A DNA stretch of 64,000 bases from a virus (IMGVR_UViG_3300031918_000005:1-64000), one strand, 5' to 3'. Counted from the first letter of the stretch, positions 9,466 to 20,226 are shown. Numbers and translations are program-made. Notes: generated from the sequence alone by a model not told the origin.

Positions 9466-9710
9466 ATGAACAGAGAAGAAATCTTAGCTAAAGTCATCAC
9501 TATCATGTCTAACATTTGGGCACTCCTGAAGATGAAATCAATGAAACATCCGATATCCATAACGATTTTGGTGCTGATTCAATTGATGAAATTGAAATTA
9601 TCATGAAAGCCGAAAAAGAATTTGGTATTTCGATACCTGATGAAGCAGTTGAAAATATAAAAACTGTAAAAGAAGCTGTTGATTATTTGGAAGAAAGATT
9701 AATTGCATAA
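9466..9710 (+). pseudogene. acpP: Acyl carrier protein, frameshifted in this sequence
   Basis: DFGADSID phosphopantetheine site and EKEFGISIPDE..ENIKTV. The natural N-terminus MNREEILAKVITIMS (ATG 9466) lies in another frame, and one base near 9511 is missing. Confidence 0.8.
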
Positions 9711-9919
9711 TGAAAGGTAATTGCATAATATGTGGCACTGAAACCGAAATTAAAATGTGCTGTTCTGGTCGTGATTGTGGATGTATGGGTCAACCAACTG
9801 AACCACCAGTGTGTTCTGATAAATGTGAAGATGAATTATATCAAAATTGGGAGAAATATTTCCCAACAAATCCACAACAAATATTAACACCACTTGATTT
9901 AGAACCATCACGGATATAG
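9710..9919 (+). CDS. Small Cys-rich protein
   Basis: CxxC...CCSGRDCGCMG...VCSDKC. Confidence 0.6.
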   Translation: MKGNCIICGTETEIKMCCSGRDCGCMGQPTEPPVCSDKCEDELYQNWEKYFPTNPQQILTPLDLEPSRI

Positions 9920-10029
9920 TCCTTGTGTTTTTCCTTCAATTTTAACATTTTTAGACTTATTTTAACACCATGAAAACACTCAAAATTCAAAGAAAATAAT
10001 GGACAATTTAACCACTTAATTTGTAATTT

Positions 10030-10695
10030 ATGGAAACTATAATTTGTAATGTTCATATTGCTCCAACCGATAAAAGAGAAATAGGTCTTTATTTAGACAC
10101 ACTTACAAATCGACTTTACTATTTGGTTGATCCTTTGGAAATAATACAAGATTTTTATAAACCTTGTATTATTTATATAACTTCCAATGAAGAAATAAAG
10201 AAAGGTGATTGGTTTGTTAAAAATGAAGCGGATTGGGTTACATCTGTTTATAAATGCACAAATAAATTGAATGAAATATTAAGTTTACAAAGTGATGGAA
10301 TAACAGTATATACAAAAAATAAATGCGCTTTTAAAATAATAGCCTCAACAGACGCTTTATTAACTCAAGAATTACCAAATCTTTCTAAATTGTTTTTGGA
10401 ATCTTTTATCAAACATTATAATAAAGGTATCTATCTCACCAAAGTTAATGTAGAAATAGAGTATTTCCATCGTAGTCAATCCAAATCAGTAGTTGAATGC
10501 GCAATTAAAAATTTTACTAATAAACGAATTAAAGTGTATCCTGATAATACAATCTTTATAATATTTTCTCAAGATGTTATTGAATTTCAATCAAATCCAA
10601 ATCCTCATAATGGACTGTGGAATCCTACAAATCGTTATCGTTTGGATTTACTTAACACTTATGCTAAAAAACTTGTTAATATGAAACCAAAATAG
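10030..10695 (+). CDS. Hypothetical phage protein
   Basis: IYITSNEEIKKGDW...KIIASTD pattern; ORF in array. Confidence 0.6.
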   Translation: METIICNVHIAPTDKREIGLYLDTLTNRLYYLVDPLEIIQDFYKPCIIYITSNEEIKKGDWFVKNEADWVTSVYKCTNKLNEILSLQSDGITVYTKNKCAFKIIASTDALLTQELPNLSKLFLESFIKHYNKGIYLTKVNVEIEYFHRSQSKSVVECAIKNFTNKRIKVYPDNTIFIIFSQDVIEFQSNPNPHNGLWNPTNRYRLDLLNTYAKKLVNMKPK

Positions 10696-10810
10696 GTGTG
10701 AAAATCATGCCGACCACACCGATGCCGATTTTGATTTTGATGAATTCATAAATGAAAATTTATAAGTTATGATTAAACAATATGTACTTTTAAACTTATT
10801 TTAACACCAT

Positions 10811-11116
10811 TTGATTATGACAACTGCTCCTGACAGCACACTTTATTATGCAATATCGGCATTTATATTGTTGATAATATTATATTGGTATTCAATGTAC
10901 AAATTATACAAAACTGCTTCTAAGATACATTCAGAACTTGATGCCATTAAGCTAAGTCTAGAAAATGCTGAAACTATATATGAATTACAAGAAATTAAAA
11001 AACAATTCAGTAAAAAACAATTCAGTAAAAAGGCTAAGCGTAATAAAGTTATTGCAATATTCCTTAGTGTTGTGGTTGGTATTACAGTCTTTATATTAGT
11101 TGGTATATTTTGGTAA
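10811..11116 (+). CDS. Two-TM membrane protein
   Basis: Two hydrophobic segments; contains a 15-bp tandem duplication (KKQFS x2). Confidence 0.55.
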   Translation: MIMTTAPDSTLYYAISAFILLIILYWYSMYKLYKTASKIHSELDAIKLSLENAETIYELQEIKKQFSKKQFSKKAKRNKVIAIFLSVVVGITVFILVGIFW

Positions 11117-11475
11117 TTATGAAATCCTCTAATACACCTAAAAGGAAGACAACATTTAGTAAAAGTTATGTTTCTCATTATAGAGTACCAAAAAGGAATT
11201 ATCCTAAACTCAATCCCAAATCTAGAGCCTATTCACTTCAGTATTATGTAGATGCTTTTATTAATGGTGTATATGATAACACTCTTAATGGAGCACTTAA
11301 TTACTCTTTATGTATAAAATCTTTTGAGGAAAGGTTTACTATATTTCATATCCTCAATGAAAATCAAATTATGATATCCGCCCAACGCAAAAGACTTGGT
11401 AGGGATTCTTTAAGTGGGATAATTATTGATAAGGATTTAAATATTGCATCGCTTTTTGATAATAGACAATTTTAA
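11110..11475 (+). CDS. Hypothetical protein
   Basis: ORF in array. Confidence 0.55.
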   Translation: MVIMKSSNTPKRKTTFSKSYVSHYRVPKRNYPKLNPKSRAYSLQYYVDAFINGVYDNTLNGALNYSLCIKSFEERFTIFHILNENQIMISAQRKRLGRDSLSGIIIDKDLNIASLFDNRQF

Positions 11476-11485
11476 AATTAAAATT

Positions 11486-12103
11486 ATGGCAAAAATAACT
11501 GCTCCCCAAAATGTTAAATTATCTGAAATTGTAATAGGTTCTTATACACTTGATGGAGTGTTGAAGTTTATTCATAATCAGGTCACAACTTGTATAATGG
11601 AAATCTCTCTACAAAATCAATCATCATCCCCCGATTTAACCGACATTGATTCCCCTTTACATGATGTACTCAAGATGATAGAGAATGCTCAAAAAACTGA
11701 TTTGGGTGAAAAGTATATACCATATGAATACCATCAACATGATTTACAATTATCGGCACTTAATACAGACATTGTTGATACTGTAAGAGTAGAACTCAAA
11801 AGACCTCATAATGGATGGATAGAAGTTGTTGGTATACGCCAACCAAATGGAGATATTGCTACTCCATCATTTAAAATTTATCCCAAGGATTCTATACTAA
11901 GAACTATACAATATGTGGATAACATATCTGCTGATTACAATGTTCCTACTTATAGAGTGGTTACAATTTATTATCCAGGTAATAACAAACATAATTTTGG
12001 TAAAACTGAATGTTATGGTGATTTACAAGATTGTATAAAGTTTATTAATAATTATAGGATAGACCCAAAACCATCAACACTTCATAAATCCAAAACCGAA
12101 TAA
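11486..12103 (+). CDS. Hypothetical protein
   Basis: Likely start MAKIT after an A-rich leader. Confidence 0.55.
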   Translation: MAKITAPQNVKLSEIVIGSYTLDGVLKFIHNQVTTCIMEISLQNQSSSPDLTDIDSPLHDVLKMIENAQKTDLGEKYIPYEYHQHDLQLSALNTDIVDTVRVELKRPHNGWIEVVGIRQPNGDIATPSFKIYPKDSILRTIQYVDNISADYNVPTYRVVTIYYPGNNKHNFGKTECYGDLQDCIKFINNYRIDPKPSTLHKSKTE

Positions 12104-12384
12104 TTAACTCTATGGCTAAAAAGAAATCAGAAGAGAATATAATTGAGGATTTGAAAAATAACATAAGTACAGAAATACTTGAAAAATGAAATTGATAAAA
12201 TTATTTGTTTATCATATAAATTCAATTGGGATTATTGTTTCGAATGTGATAAAGTTGTACCATATAAAGACCATCAGTGTTTTTACTATGGAAGTACTGC
12301 ATCCATTGGTGACCCATATGATGATGATATATCAGATTTAGAATTGGAAAAGTATGATAATGGACAATTTTAAATCTTTTAGTC

Positions 12385-12732
12385 ATGACAAAAATAACTT
12401 CTCCCCAAATGCCAAATTATCTTTATTATAATGTACTTAATCTTCCCCGACTTTTAAGCATAATTGCACTTGGTTATATACCAAAACATGAAAAACTTGG
12501 ATGTGTATGTCTTACAAGGGATAAATATTGTCTATCATCAAGAGGTATAAAAATCGTACTTGATAGAAATAAATTAAAACATAGGTATAAGATAATACCA
12601 TTTTCATATAAGGGATGGTTACAGATACACAAACCTTATTCAAGATTTAAACCAATGATTGATGAAATGGAAGAAAGATGTTATAATAATATAGATTTGA
12701 AAAGATGCTGTGTAAGAATAGAAATAATATGA
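12385..12732 (+). CDS. Putative ADP-ribosyltransferase-like protein
   Basis: VCLTRD...IVLD..KL...YKI.P...DEMEE resembles the S/T-R strand and ExE catalytic motif of phage ART-like proteins. Confidence 0.35.
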   Translation: MTKITSPQMPNYLYYNVLNLPRLLSIIALGYIPKHEKLGCVCLTRDKYCLSSRGIKIVLDRNKLKHRYKIIPFSYKGWLQIHKPYSRFKPMIDEMEERCYNNIDLKRCCVRIEII

Positions 12733-12852
12733 AAAATATTGTGTAAAACCATTTAAGGAAAAGGGATATGGAAATATACTCAAAAAATAAAATAGTTAAA
12801 GAATGTTAAAAATAATGGGAATGCCTGCCCTGAATTCAAATTGTGATTTTAT

Positions 12853-12883
12853 TTGATTATATTTCCTATCTTTCAATTATAAT
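12853..12883 (+). promoter_or_regulatory. Candidate sigma70-like promoter TTGATT-N19-TATAAT
   Basis: Near copy of 23660-23690. Confidence 0.45.
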
Positions 12884-13120
12884 ACATATTTCATATTAAT
12901 ATGTCAGTTCAGACATTTTTCCACTTTGAATTTGAGTATCAAAACCTCATTTTCTCTATACCAATCCCCCACATAGATACATTGTAGCTTTCTGTACACT
13001 TCTTACCCAACGAAAGCTTCGCCTTTGAACTCATTTGCATATTTCGATGCTCTAACATTGTAAGATAATATAGAATTAAAGGAAAAGCCTCTTTTATTAT
13101 TAATCATAAAAATAAATTAA

Positions 13121-13360
13121 ATGTGTAAAAGAAAAGGACCATTAACAAAAATTACCTACACATGTTCAGGATGTGAATATTGTACGAGTGAAAAATATTA
13201 CTGTCAAGGTGATTCAGGAACTGATGTTTATTGCGAACATATAAGTTTTAAAGAAAAGAAAAGTGTTGGAGACACAAGCTGGGACACTCCCAATTTTTGC
13301 CCTTATAAAAAAGATATGCTTAACGAATTGGTAAATGAGATACAACGATGTGCGGTATAG
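13121..13360 (+). CDS. Small Cys-rich protein
   Basis: CxxCxxC...C.H...TP.FCP. Confidence 0.55.
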   Translation: MCKRKGPLTKITYTCSGCEYCTSEKYYCQGDSGTDVYCEHISFKEKKSVGDTSWDTPNFCPYKKDMLNELVNEIQRCAV

Positions 13361-13381
13361 CATCGTGCGGTATTTCCGACT

Positions 13382-13440
13382 GCAAAAGGCTGTACAGTAT
13401 TCATTTCGGAATACAACGCTCCAAGCGATTTTAAATGTAG
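13382..13440 (+). pseudogene. Relic C-terminal fragment of a phage DNA adenine methyltransferase
   Basis: Translates to AKGCTVFISEYNAPSDFKC, like the (H)TVF(I/V)SEY.AP.DF.C tail of phage Dam-type MTases; no start codon and no catalytic motifs. Confidence 0.4.
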
Positions 13441-13460
13441 AATAATAAATCAAAGATCTT

Positions 13461-15028
13461 ATGGAAAATACCCAATTAACACCATTATCTAAAAAGGATG
13501 AAGATAAAATATATGGTGCTAACAGAAAAACTGAAATAGGTAAATGTTTTGTATGTTATGAAGGTTCACGCCAACATTTTTATAGACAACATGAAAATCA
13601 TGTATTGTATATTATGATTGCTGATGATGGTGAACTTGCTAATACAATACATGTTGGATTCATGAACAAGAAATCTAGAAAAAATTATCCTGAAATAGAG
13701 CCTAAAGAATTTGAAGCCAATTTGATGAAAGTAAAACAAATACTTAATATATAAAACATGCCAAAGCGTAAGGAAGTATTAAGAATGAAAGATTGCCGAT
13801 CACTTGATGGTTATCGTGAATTTTATCGTGAATTTTTTGACTTAACTGGTGTTACAGTGGAATATGCTAAAGCCAATGGTACTGAACGACCAAGTGAAGA
13901 ACAAATTGGATGGGTTTATAAAGATTTTAATTTTGGACTCACATGTTATGACAGTAGGTATCTTGTTTATGGTATACCTAAAGATATTAAACAGTTGAAA
14001 CTTGATTTGGATGTAGAAGTTAAGCCTATTGTATCATATAAAGAACTTGTGGAATTTACATATGAAAAATTTAGGGATTTTTACAAGAAATCTAAAGGTT
14101 GTAAAAGAAATTATTGTTTAAGTTCTTATTCCGATAAAAATATTAGAAGTCAATTTGAACTAATATCTTTAGATGCTGAAATTTTAATAGAACTTGTAAA
14201 AAATGACCCAATATCTTATAGGAAGGTATCGTATATATTAAATTTCGTTAAAAATGACTTAATAACCAATCATATAAAACAATAATATGGAAAAGATTTA
14301 TCAACTCAAAGATTTTGAATATAATAAGTTAACAGAGCTTGCAGAACTCAATGAAAAATCTATAGAAGAAAGAGCCTTAAAACTATATCAAGAAAAAGGT
14401 ACTTATCAACTGGATATCAAAATAAACTGTGAAAAGTATGATGATTACAATCGTACTTATCACCTTAAAGCATATTCAAAAATTAATGATTGGAATCAGA
14501 AATTTCCTATTTTTGAAGAAGATAAACGAAAAATCATCAAATTTGTCAATGAAAAAGTGATGTCAATGATGGTTAATAGATTTGGCGATGTAGTGAACAA
14601 TGTCAACTTAATCAATAAAAGAGTAGATGATGCAATAACATTGAAAAGGAAGCTATTAATCTTTACAATTACTGGTTGGCTAACAGCTATATCATTTGTT
14701 ATTGTAGCACTTTTAAAATAACACAATGGAACAAATTACTATATCCAATACAATTATCGTTGTGAGAAGAGAAATGTCAGATTACGAATTTCTACTTAAG
14801 CAATTGGAAGAGAAATGTTTACCTATAATCAAAGATAGAGATATTGAAATCAAAATTTGTATATGTAGAAAGACAAACACTCCAAGAATTCTAATAATAT
14901 GTTTTCCTATACCTTTAGACATGGAAGAGATTAAAAAACTCGTGGTATCCAGTCTTAAATGTACAAGATTTTCACTTAAAAAGATTACCGATGATATTAC
15001 CTCAAGCAGTATATTCTTAGATTATTAA
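13461..15028 (+). other. Four tightly packed hypothetical CDS (13461-13754, 13758-14285, 14287-14721 with C-terminal TM, 14726-15028)
   Basis: Consecutive ORFs with 1-4 nt gaps. Confidence 0.6.
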
Positions 15029-15109
15029 TAATAAATGAGATTTGCCAATATAGAAGCTGAAACTATCTAATTATTCAATATTATAAAATATTGAATAATT
15101 ATAAATAAA

Positions 15110-15225
15110 ATTTCTTCGGATTTACCGCCGTTGGTTTTGGTTTGGTCATTGAATAACGACTGTTATAACCGCTCCGAAAGAATAAAATCCCACAAAGGTC
15201 GGTTGTCGATTCCTTTGTGGGATTT
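15110..15225. ncRNA. Candidate structured RNA ending in a 14-bp hairpin
   Basis: GC-enriched intergenic island. TTCTTCGGA...TCCGAAAGAA closing stem, then AAATCCCACAAAGG/CCTTTGTGGGATTT (15185-15225). Confidence 0.4.
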
Positions 15226-15378
15226 GAGTATAAAATTATTAAAAATAAAATTATGGAATATTTTGAAAAAATATTCCAATTATTAATATATAAAGTTGAC
15301 AATACTGTACTATTTTAGATAATAAAATCTATGAAAATATTAATAGTTGAAAAATAGAACAATTAAGAGAACAATATT

Positions 15379-16101
15379 ATGGCTGATATAAACGAATATA
15401 GAAAGCTTGTTGATAAAATTTTTGAATTTCAAGTCAACAAAGATGCTGAATGTATAGTCACAAGACAAATTTTTACATTGGTTTCAAAATTTGTCTTTGA
15501 ATATAGAGGTGGAATAATAGAAATCAAATCTGATTGGCATTACAACAATATACTTTATCTCAAAATGAATATCATGAATGATGATATAGTTAGTGTTGAT
15601 AAATGGTTTTGGGGAGTTATACATCAATATGTCAAATCCAATAAGTATTTCGTTGATTTCGTTGAATTTCTTGTTGTGCATAAATATGAGCCAGCTGTGA
15701 AATTAATTAAAGATAATTCCTAATATATTACTGAAGAAAATATGGGTCATAGAACATTTAATGAAATTTATGATAAACAGGCTGATATATTAGGAATTAA
15801 GCCTAGATTATTTGCACTTATAATCAATCTAAAAGCACAAAATGGTCATTTTGTGTTAAAATCTGATTTTAAAAGTATTTTATTGGAGAATGATTTCCAT
15901 GGTTCACTGGTTAAACGTTTCATAACTGGTTTCACAAAATTACATTTATATCATAGTTATATTGGTCAAATAAGTTATATTGACATAAGTTCACTTCGAT
16001 TGCGTGAAAATGATATGGTAGTTGATATATTATATAATGAAATGTTTGATTTTGGTTACGTTCAACGTAACCAATTGGAATCCTTAAAACCTAAAAAATG
16101 A
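15379..16101 (+). other. Two hypothetical CDS (15379-15723, 15742-16101)
   Basis: ORFs in array. Confidence 0.55.
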
Positions 16102-16157
16102 CAAATATAATAACATTAAAGTCAAAGATTGAACTAATATAAAACTTACAATATGTT

Positions 16158-16247
16158 TGTCATGTCATTGTGACATGACAAAACTGTCATACAATGTTAA
16201 AACTTTTGAACTGACATAATAATAACAAATTTTGGCATGATTTTTGT
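16158..16247 (+). promoter_or_regulatory. sigma54-type promoter copy 2 with TGTCA/TGACA cluster
   Basis: TTGGCATGATTTTTGT at 16232-16247; GAACTGACATA at 16208; pentamers at 16158, 16163, 16171, 16176 and 16185. Confidence 0.7.
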
Positions 16248-16281
16248 AGGAAATTAGTAACAATAATTAAAAAATATAATT

Positions 16282-16578
16282 ATGACAACTACATTAATCG
16301 GGAAAACTATAAAAGGAAACGATATTGAAATAATGATTGAATCAGCTGGAATTATTTCAAATGAATTTGGAATTGATAATAATCTTATACTTTTTGCAAA
16401 ATATAAAGGAGAATTCAAAAAATTAAATATTTATTTTGATAATTATTATTTTGAATTAGAAGGGAGAAAAGTATTTGTCATTTCAGTTCAAGAAGGAAGC
16501 AGATTAATGAAAGAAGCTGAAAAACAAATGGAAACAAATGGAAAATCTGAATTGTTTGAATTAGTTACTAAATATTGA
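16282..16578 (+). CDS. Hypothetical protein (MTTT start) under sigma54-type promoter 2
   Basis: ORF about 35 nt after the promoter. Confidence 0.65.
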   Translation: MTTTLIGKTIKGNDIEIMIESAGIISNEFGIDNNLILFAKYKGEFKKLNIYFDNYYFELEGRKVFVISVQEGSRLMKEAEKQMETNGKSELFELVTKY

Positions 16579-16614
16579 TTTTAAAAAGAATACCTATTCT
16601 TATGAAGAATTTTC

Positions 16615-16654
16615 GAACTGACATAATAATAACAAATTTTGGCACGATTTTTGT
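16615..16654 (+). promoter_or_regulatory. sigma54-type promoter copy 3
   Basis: GAACTGACATAATAATAACAAATTTTGGCACGATTTTTGT; near-identical to copy 2 through to ATGACAACTACA. Confidence 0.7.
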
Positions 16655-16688
16655 AGGAAATTAATAACAATAATTAAAAAATAAAATT

Positions 16689-17027
16689 ATGACAACTACA
16701 ATTATCTTGGAAGGTAAAGAATTGACTTTCAACTGTGAATCTGAAGTAACAAATGGTGTTTTCACAACAAAAACCTCCGCAGACGGCACAATGAGCATCA
16801 ACAATTGCCTTGGTGAAATGTTCCTATGCAAAACTGCCTGGATGTTAGAAAATGGAATGTCTGAATGTTATGACAACATTGGTGAGTACATGATTGATGC
16901 AATTATGGATTTACCATGGAGTACCCAAGGCCATGAAATTGTCAAAAAACATGTACAAGGACATAAGCATTATAAATATATCTTAGGAATCTTCTCTAAT
17001 AAATATCCTCATTGTGAAATGTTTTAA
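16689..17027 (+). CDS. Hypothetical protein (MTTT start) under sigma54-type promoter 3
   Basis: ORF about 35 nt after the promoter. Confidence 0.65.
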   Translation: MTTTIILEGKELTFNCESEVTNGVFTTKTSADGTMSINNCLGEMFLCKTAWMLENGMSECYDNIGEYMIDAIMDLPWSTQGHEIVKKHVQGHKHYKYILGIFSNKYPHCEMF

Positions 17028-17038
17028 AAATAGAAATT

Positions 17039-19708
17039 ATGAACAAAACTTACAAAATTAAGAACATACCGACTGGTAAAAGATTTATCGAAGGTAGTCA
17101 TTCATCTCTGATGTTTGCAACCAATCTAACACAAAAATCTGGAGAACAAAACACTCGTTTATGTGTTTCTGAAAATGGACTTGCTGAATGGATTGATGTA
17201 ACAAGAGAAGTAATATCAGTTGATGATTCAGTTCATAAAGAAATAATTGGAGTATGTAATAAAGCTATTCAGCAAATTCTTGAGGAAAAGAAAATCTTTC
17301 CAACACAAGAAAGTCTTACCAAATCTGCAATTAAAGTTATCAAAAATGGGGTATGTAGACAACCTCAACCAACTGAACCAAATTATGATGATCTCTGCCT
17401 TAAATTCCTAAATCAAATGTATGAAAATTCACCTCACAATACCGTATCTTGGGTAAAATTCAGACCACAACAAGTTGAAGATTTCTTGAGAACTAGAGGA
17501 TTATTTGTCAAAGATATAACAAAGCGTAGAGAAAAATTTATTAAAAAATTGCGAAAAATTGGTGTTGAGAGATATGGATATGAGTTTAGAATCAGTGAAG
17601 ATTCAGTGATTCCAATGATTACTAAAAAAAGATAATTCTTCACTACTTAATAAATTAGAAAATGAGTAATTTTAACGGTAAAACCATAACCAATGAAAGT
17701 ACTATCCCACTACAAGTATTCAAAGATAAGTATCTTAGAGAAATAATAAGCGTTGAAGAATGTAGAAAGGCAAAAGACCTAATTGGTTTATTTCTTAGTT
17801 TGCTTGATGTATTCAATACTTCTCAAAATTACAGTGGATTCAGTAATACTCTCCCATGTATCTGCATCAATGACCGTAAAATACTTGGTTTGTGCTTTTT
17901 CAATAGACATATGATGGCAAGTGCTTATACAACTCGTGCCGAAATGCTATTCATTAAAGACCTTATGGAAAGACATGCCGAAATGCTTGGTATTCGTAAA
18001 GAGGGATACTGGTTTAAAGAGGGTTTACTCGAACCAAGAGTAGAATTTTTAAAATCATTACTTAATAAATTAAAAAATGAATAATAATGAGGAACTGAAA
18101 AAGTTATATATTAGCATAACTGGTAAAAATATAGCTAATGAGAAAGCTGCTAAAGCTGCTGTTAATGAGATAGAATTCAGAAAGAAATCTATGGCTATAG
18201 CAAATGCTGAAAAGGATTATCCTACAGTGATTGCCAACTTCAAAAAGGAAATCCAAAATGGTAAATCCAAAATGGATATCTGTAATAATTGGGCTTGTTA
18301 TAACACATATCATGGCGATATTCATTGGAACAATCATATGTTTAATCTGTTACAATCAGATGGCTTTGATGTCAAATTGATACACCATGATGGATGGGCT
18401 GGTAGCGAAGTTTGTGAGGAACAAGAACCTTTTGACAACATAGAAGTTAGCTTAAAAATGAACTAATAATTTGAACTAAATGAAAACTAATAAAAAAAGA
18501 TTATTATCGGCTAAATCAAAAAAATTAACTGATAAGTTGAATAAGGAAGCAAGGGATAAAGGTGAAGAAATTTATAAATCTTATTTTAAAATAAAATAAA
18601 ATAAATTCATTATGGCTAATATACGTTTAAAAGATTTAGGTGTTTGTTTAAGGGAATTTTTCCAATCAAATCTTACTCCAACTAAAGAAGATGTTATAAA
18701 GTGGGCTGAAGAGCAAGGTATTTGGAGAACTGGCACAGTCAAATGCTTTGTCAGCCAATTAAAAAGTCTTGGGTATATAAACTTTGTAGATGGTAAATAC
18801 AATATTGTTAAACCAATACCATCAAATTATACCACAAAAGATATAACAAAAGAATATAACAAATATAAGTATTTAAAATCATTGGAGGACTAAAAATCAT
18901 GACAAAAGGTCATATAATAAATCATACACTTGTTAATAAGTTAACTGGTATAATTACTGATTTTGAAGTTTGTATTAATCATACTTATACTAATTTGGAA
19001 AAAGATATACCAATTATGGATGCCGAAGATATTACCGAAATGATAGAAATAAGGAGTAAGTTAAAAACACTCACTAAAAAATTAAAAAGTAAACTAAAAA
19101 ATTATTCAGTTGTTCCAATAATTTCTGAAGGTGAATTGATTATTATTGGCGATGGATTCAACCCTGAATTACCAGCATTAATTTTTCCAATTTTTAACAC
19201 TCTTAGGCTTCATTTAGTTGGTAAGATGTGTTATGAACGCTATAGATTTGTAAAGGATTATCAAAATCAGGTATCAACTCAAGGCATGGGATTATCAGGT
19301 GTTGTGAAATCAATAAAAATTCATAGATTTACCAAGCAATTTATTGTAGAATTTGATATAGAATCAGATATTCGTCATTGTCCAGCTGAATATGTAACCA
19401 ATGACATAAATTTAAGAGATTTAATTGTGCCACTTGAACATTAACTATTTTAAATTATGGGAGAACTATTTTATATCCAAAATGAAGGCTATTGCGGTAA
19501 TGCTCTTTATTGGTGGGCGAAAGATTCTAAAGGCTATACCACAGACATTAGACAAGCTGGTAAATTCACTAAGAAAGAAGTTGAAGAAATATGCCAAAGA
19601 CCACAAGACCACGCCTATACTTGTGCTTATATAGATAATCTGTTAATAGCTCAAAAATTAATCATTGATTCTCAATATGTTGATAGCTCAAAAGAGGTCG
19701 TTTTTTAA
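17039..19708 (+). other. Six hypothetical CDS (17039-17635, 17662-18084, 18077-18466, 18612-18893 possible winged-helix, 18899-19444, 19457-19708)
   Basis: Consecutive co-directional ORFs with A-rich leaders. Confidence 0.6.
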
Positions 19709-19789
19709 TTGGTTACAACATAGGTCATAATTATATAGCCGTGAAAAACAAAAGTAATTTTTAATATAAACACAATAACTCGTTATTTT

Positions 19790-20206
19790 ATGAAAAGAAG
19801 AATTATTGAAGGATCAAATAGAATAGTGGAGATATATGATGACATGGTTTATAAGATACCTAAAAACAAAGAAGCTATTTTTAATAACCAATCAGAAGCA
19901 TATATATGGAACAAAACAAAACATCCGTATTTGTGCTCTTGTGAATTAGAAGATGACATATTTTTGGTTATGCAGAAGGTGGAAGACATTTCTTTTGGCA
20001 AAGAAGGCGTAATAATTGATTGGCTGCCTGATGATTTTAAAGATTTGCTTAGAAAACACCCAAAATTAGAATATGGAGAATTAAACGGAATTCCTAAAAT
20101 ATATGATTATGCAGACTGTGAACTTAATTGGGATATGGAAGAACCACAAGATATGTTTATAAACGATTTGATGATGTGTCAATCATTTACTTTAAAAAAC
20201 AATTAA
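19790..20206 (+). CDS. Minimal protein-kinase-like fold protein
   Basis: EGSNRIV (Gly loop), VYKIP (beta3 Lys), N.SE (helix C Glu), LVMQKV (hinge), YG...KIYDYA (DFG-like). Confidence 0.45.
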   Translation: MKRRIIEGSNRIVEIYDDMVYKIPKNKEAIFNNQSEAYIWNKTKHPYLCSCELEDDIFLVMQKVEDISFGKEGVIIDWLPDDFKDLLRKHPKLEYGELNGIPKIYDYADCELNWDMEEPQDMFINDLMMCQSFTLKNN

Positions 20207-20226
20207 TAAAAATTTAATATTGATGT

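Noticed and set aside
15110-15225. tRNA or tmRNA
   Set aside because: No T-loop GTTCRA, cloverleaf or CCA end found.
16208-16700. CRISPR array formed by the repeated promoter element
   Set aside because: Repeats are separated by whole genes or many kb, not 30-40 nt spacers, and there are no cas genes.
13335-19720. Integron-like attC cassette sites (TACAAC at ~13341, GGTTACAAC at ~19711)
   Set aside because: Only possible left ends are visible, with no matching GTTRRRY arm or extended dyad and no integrase.
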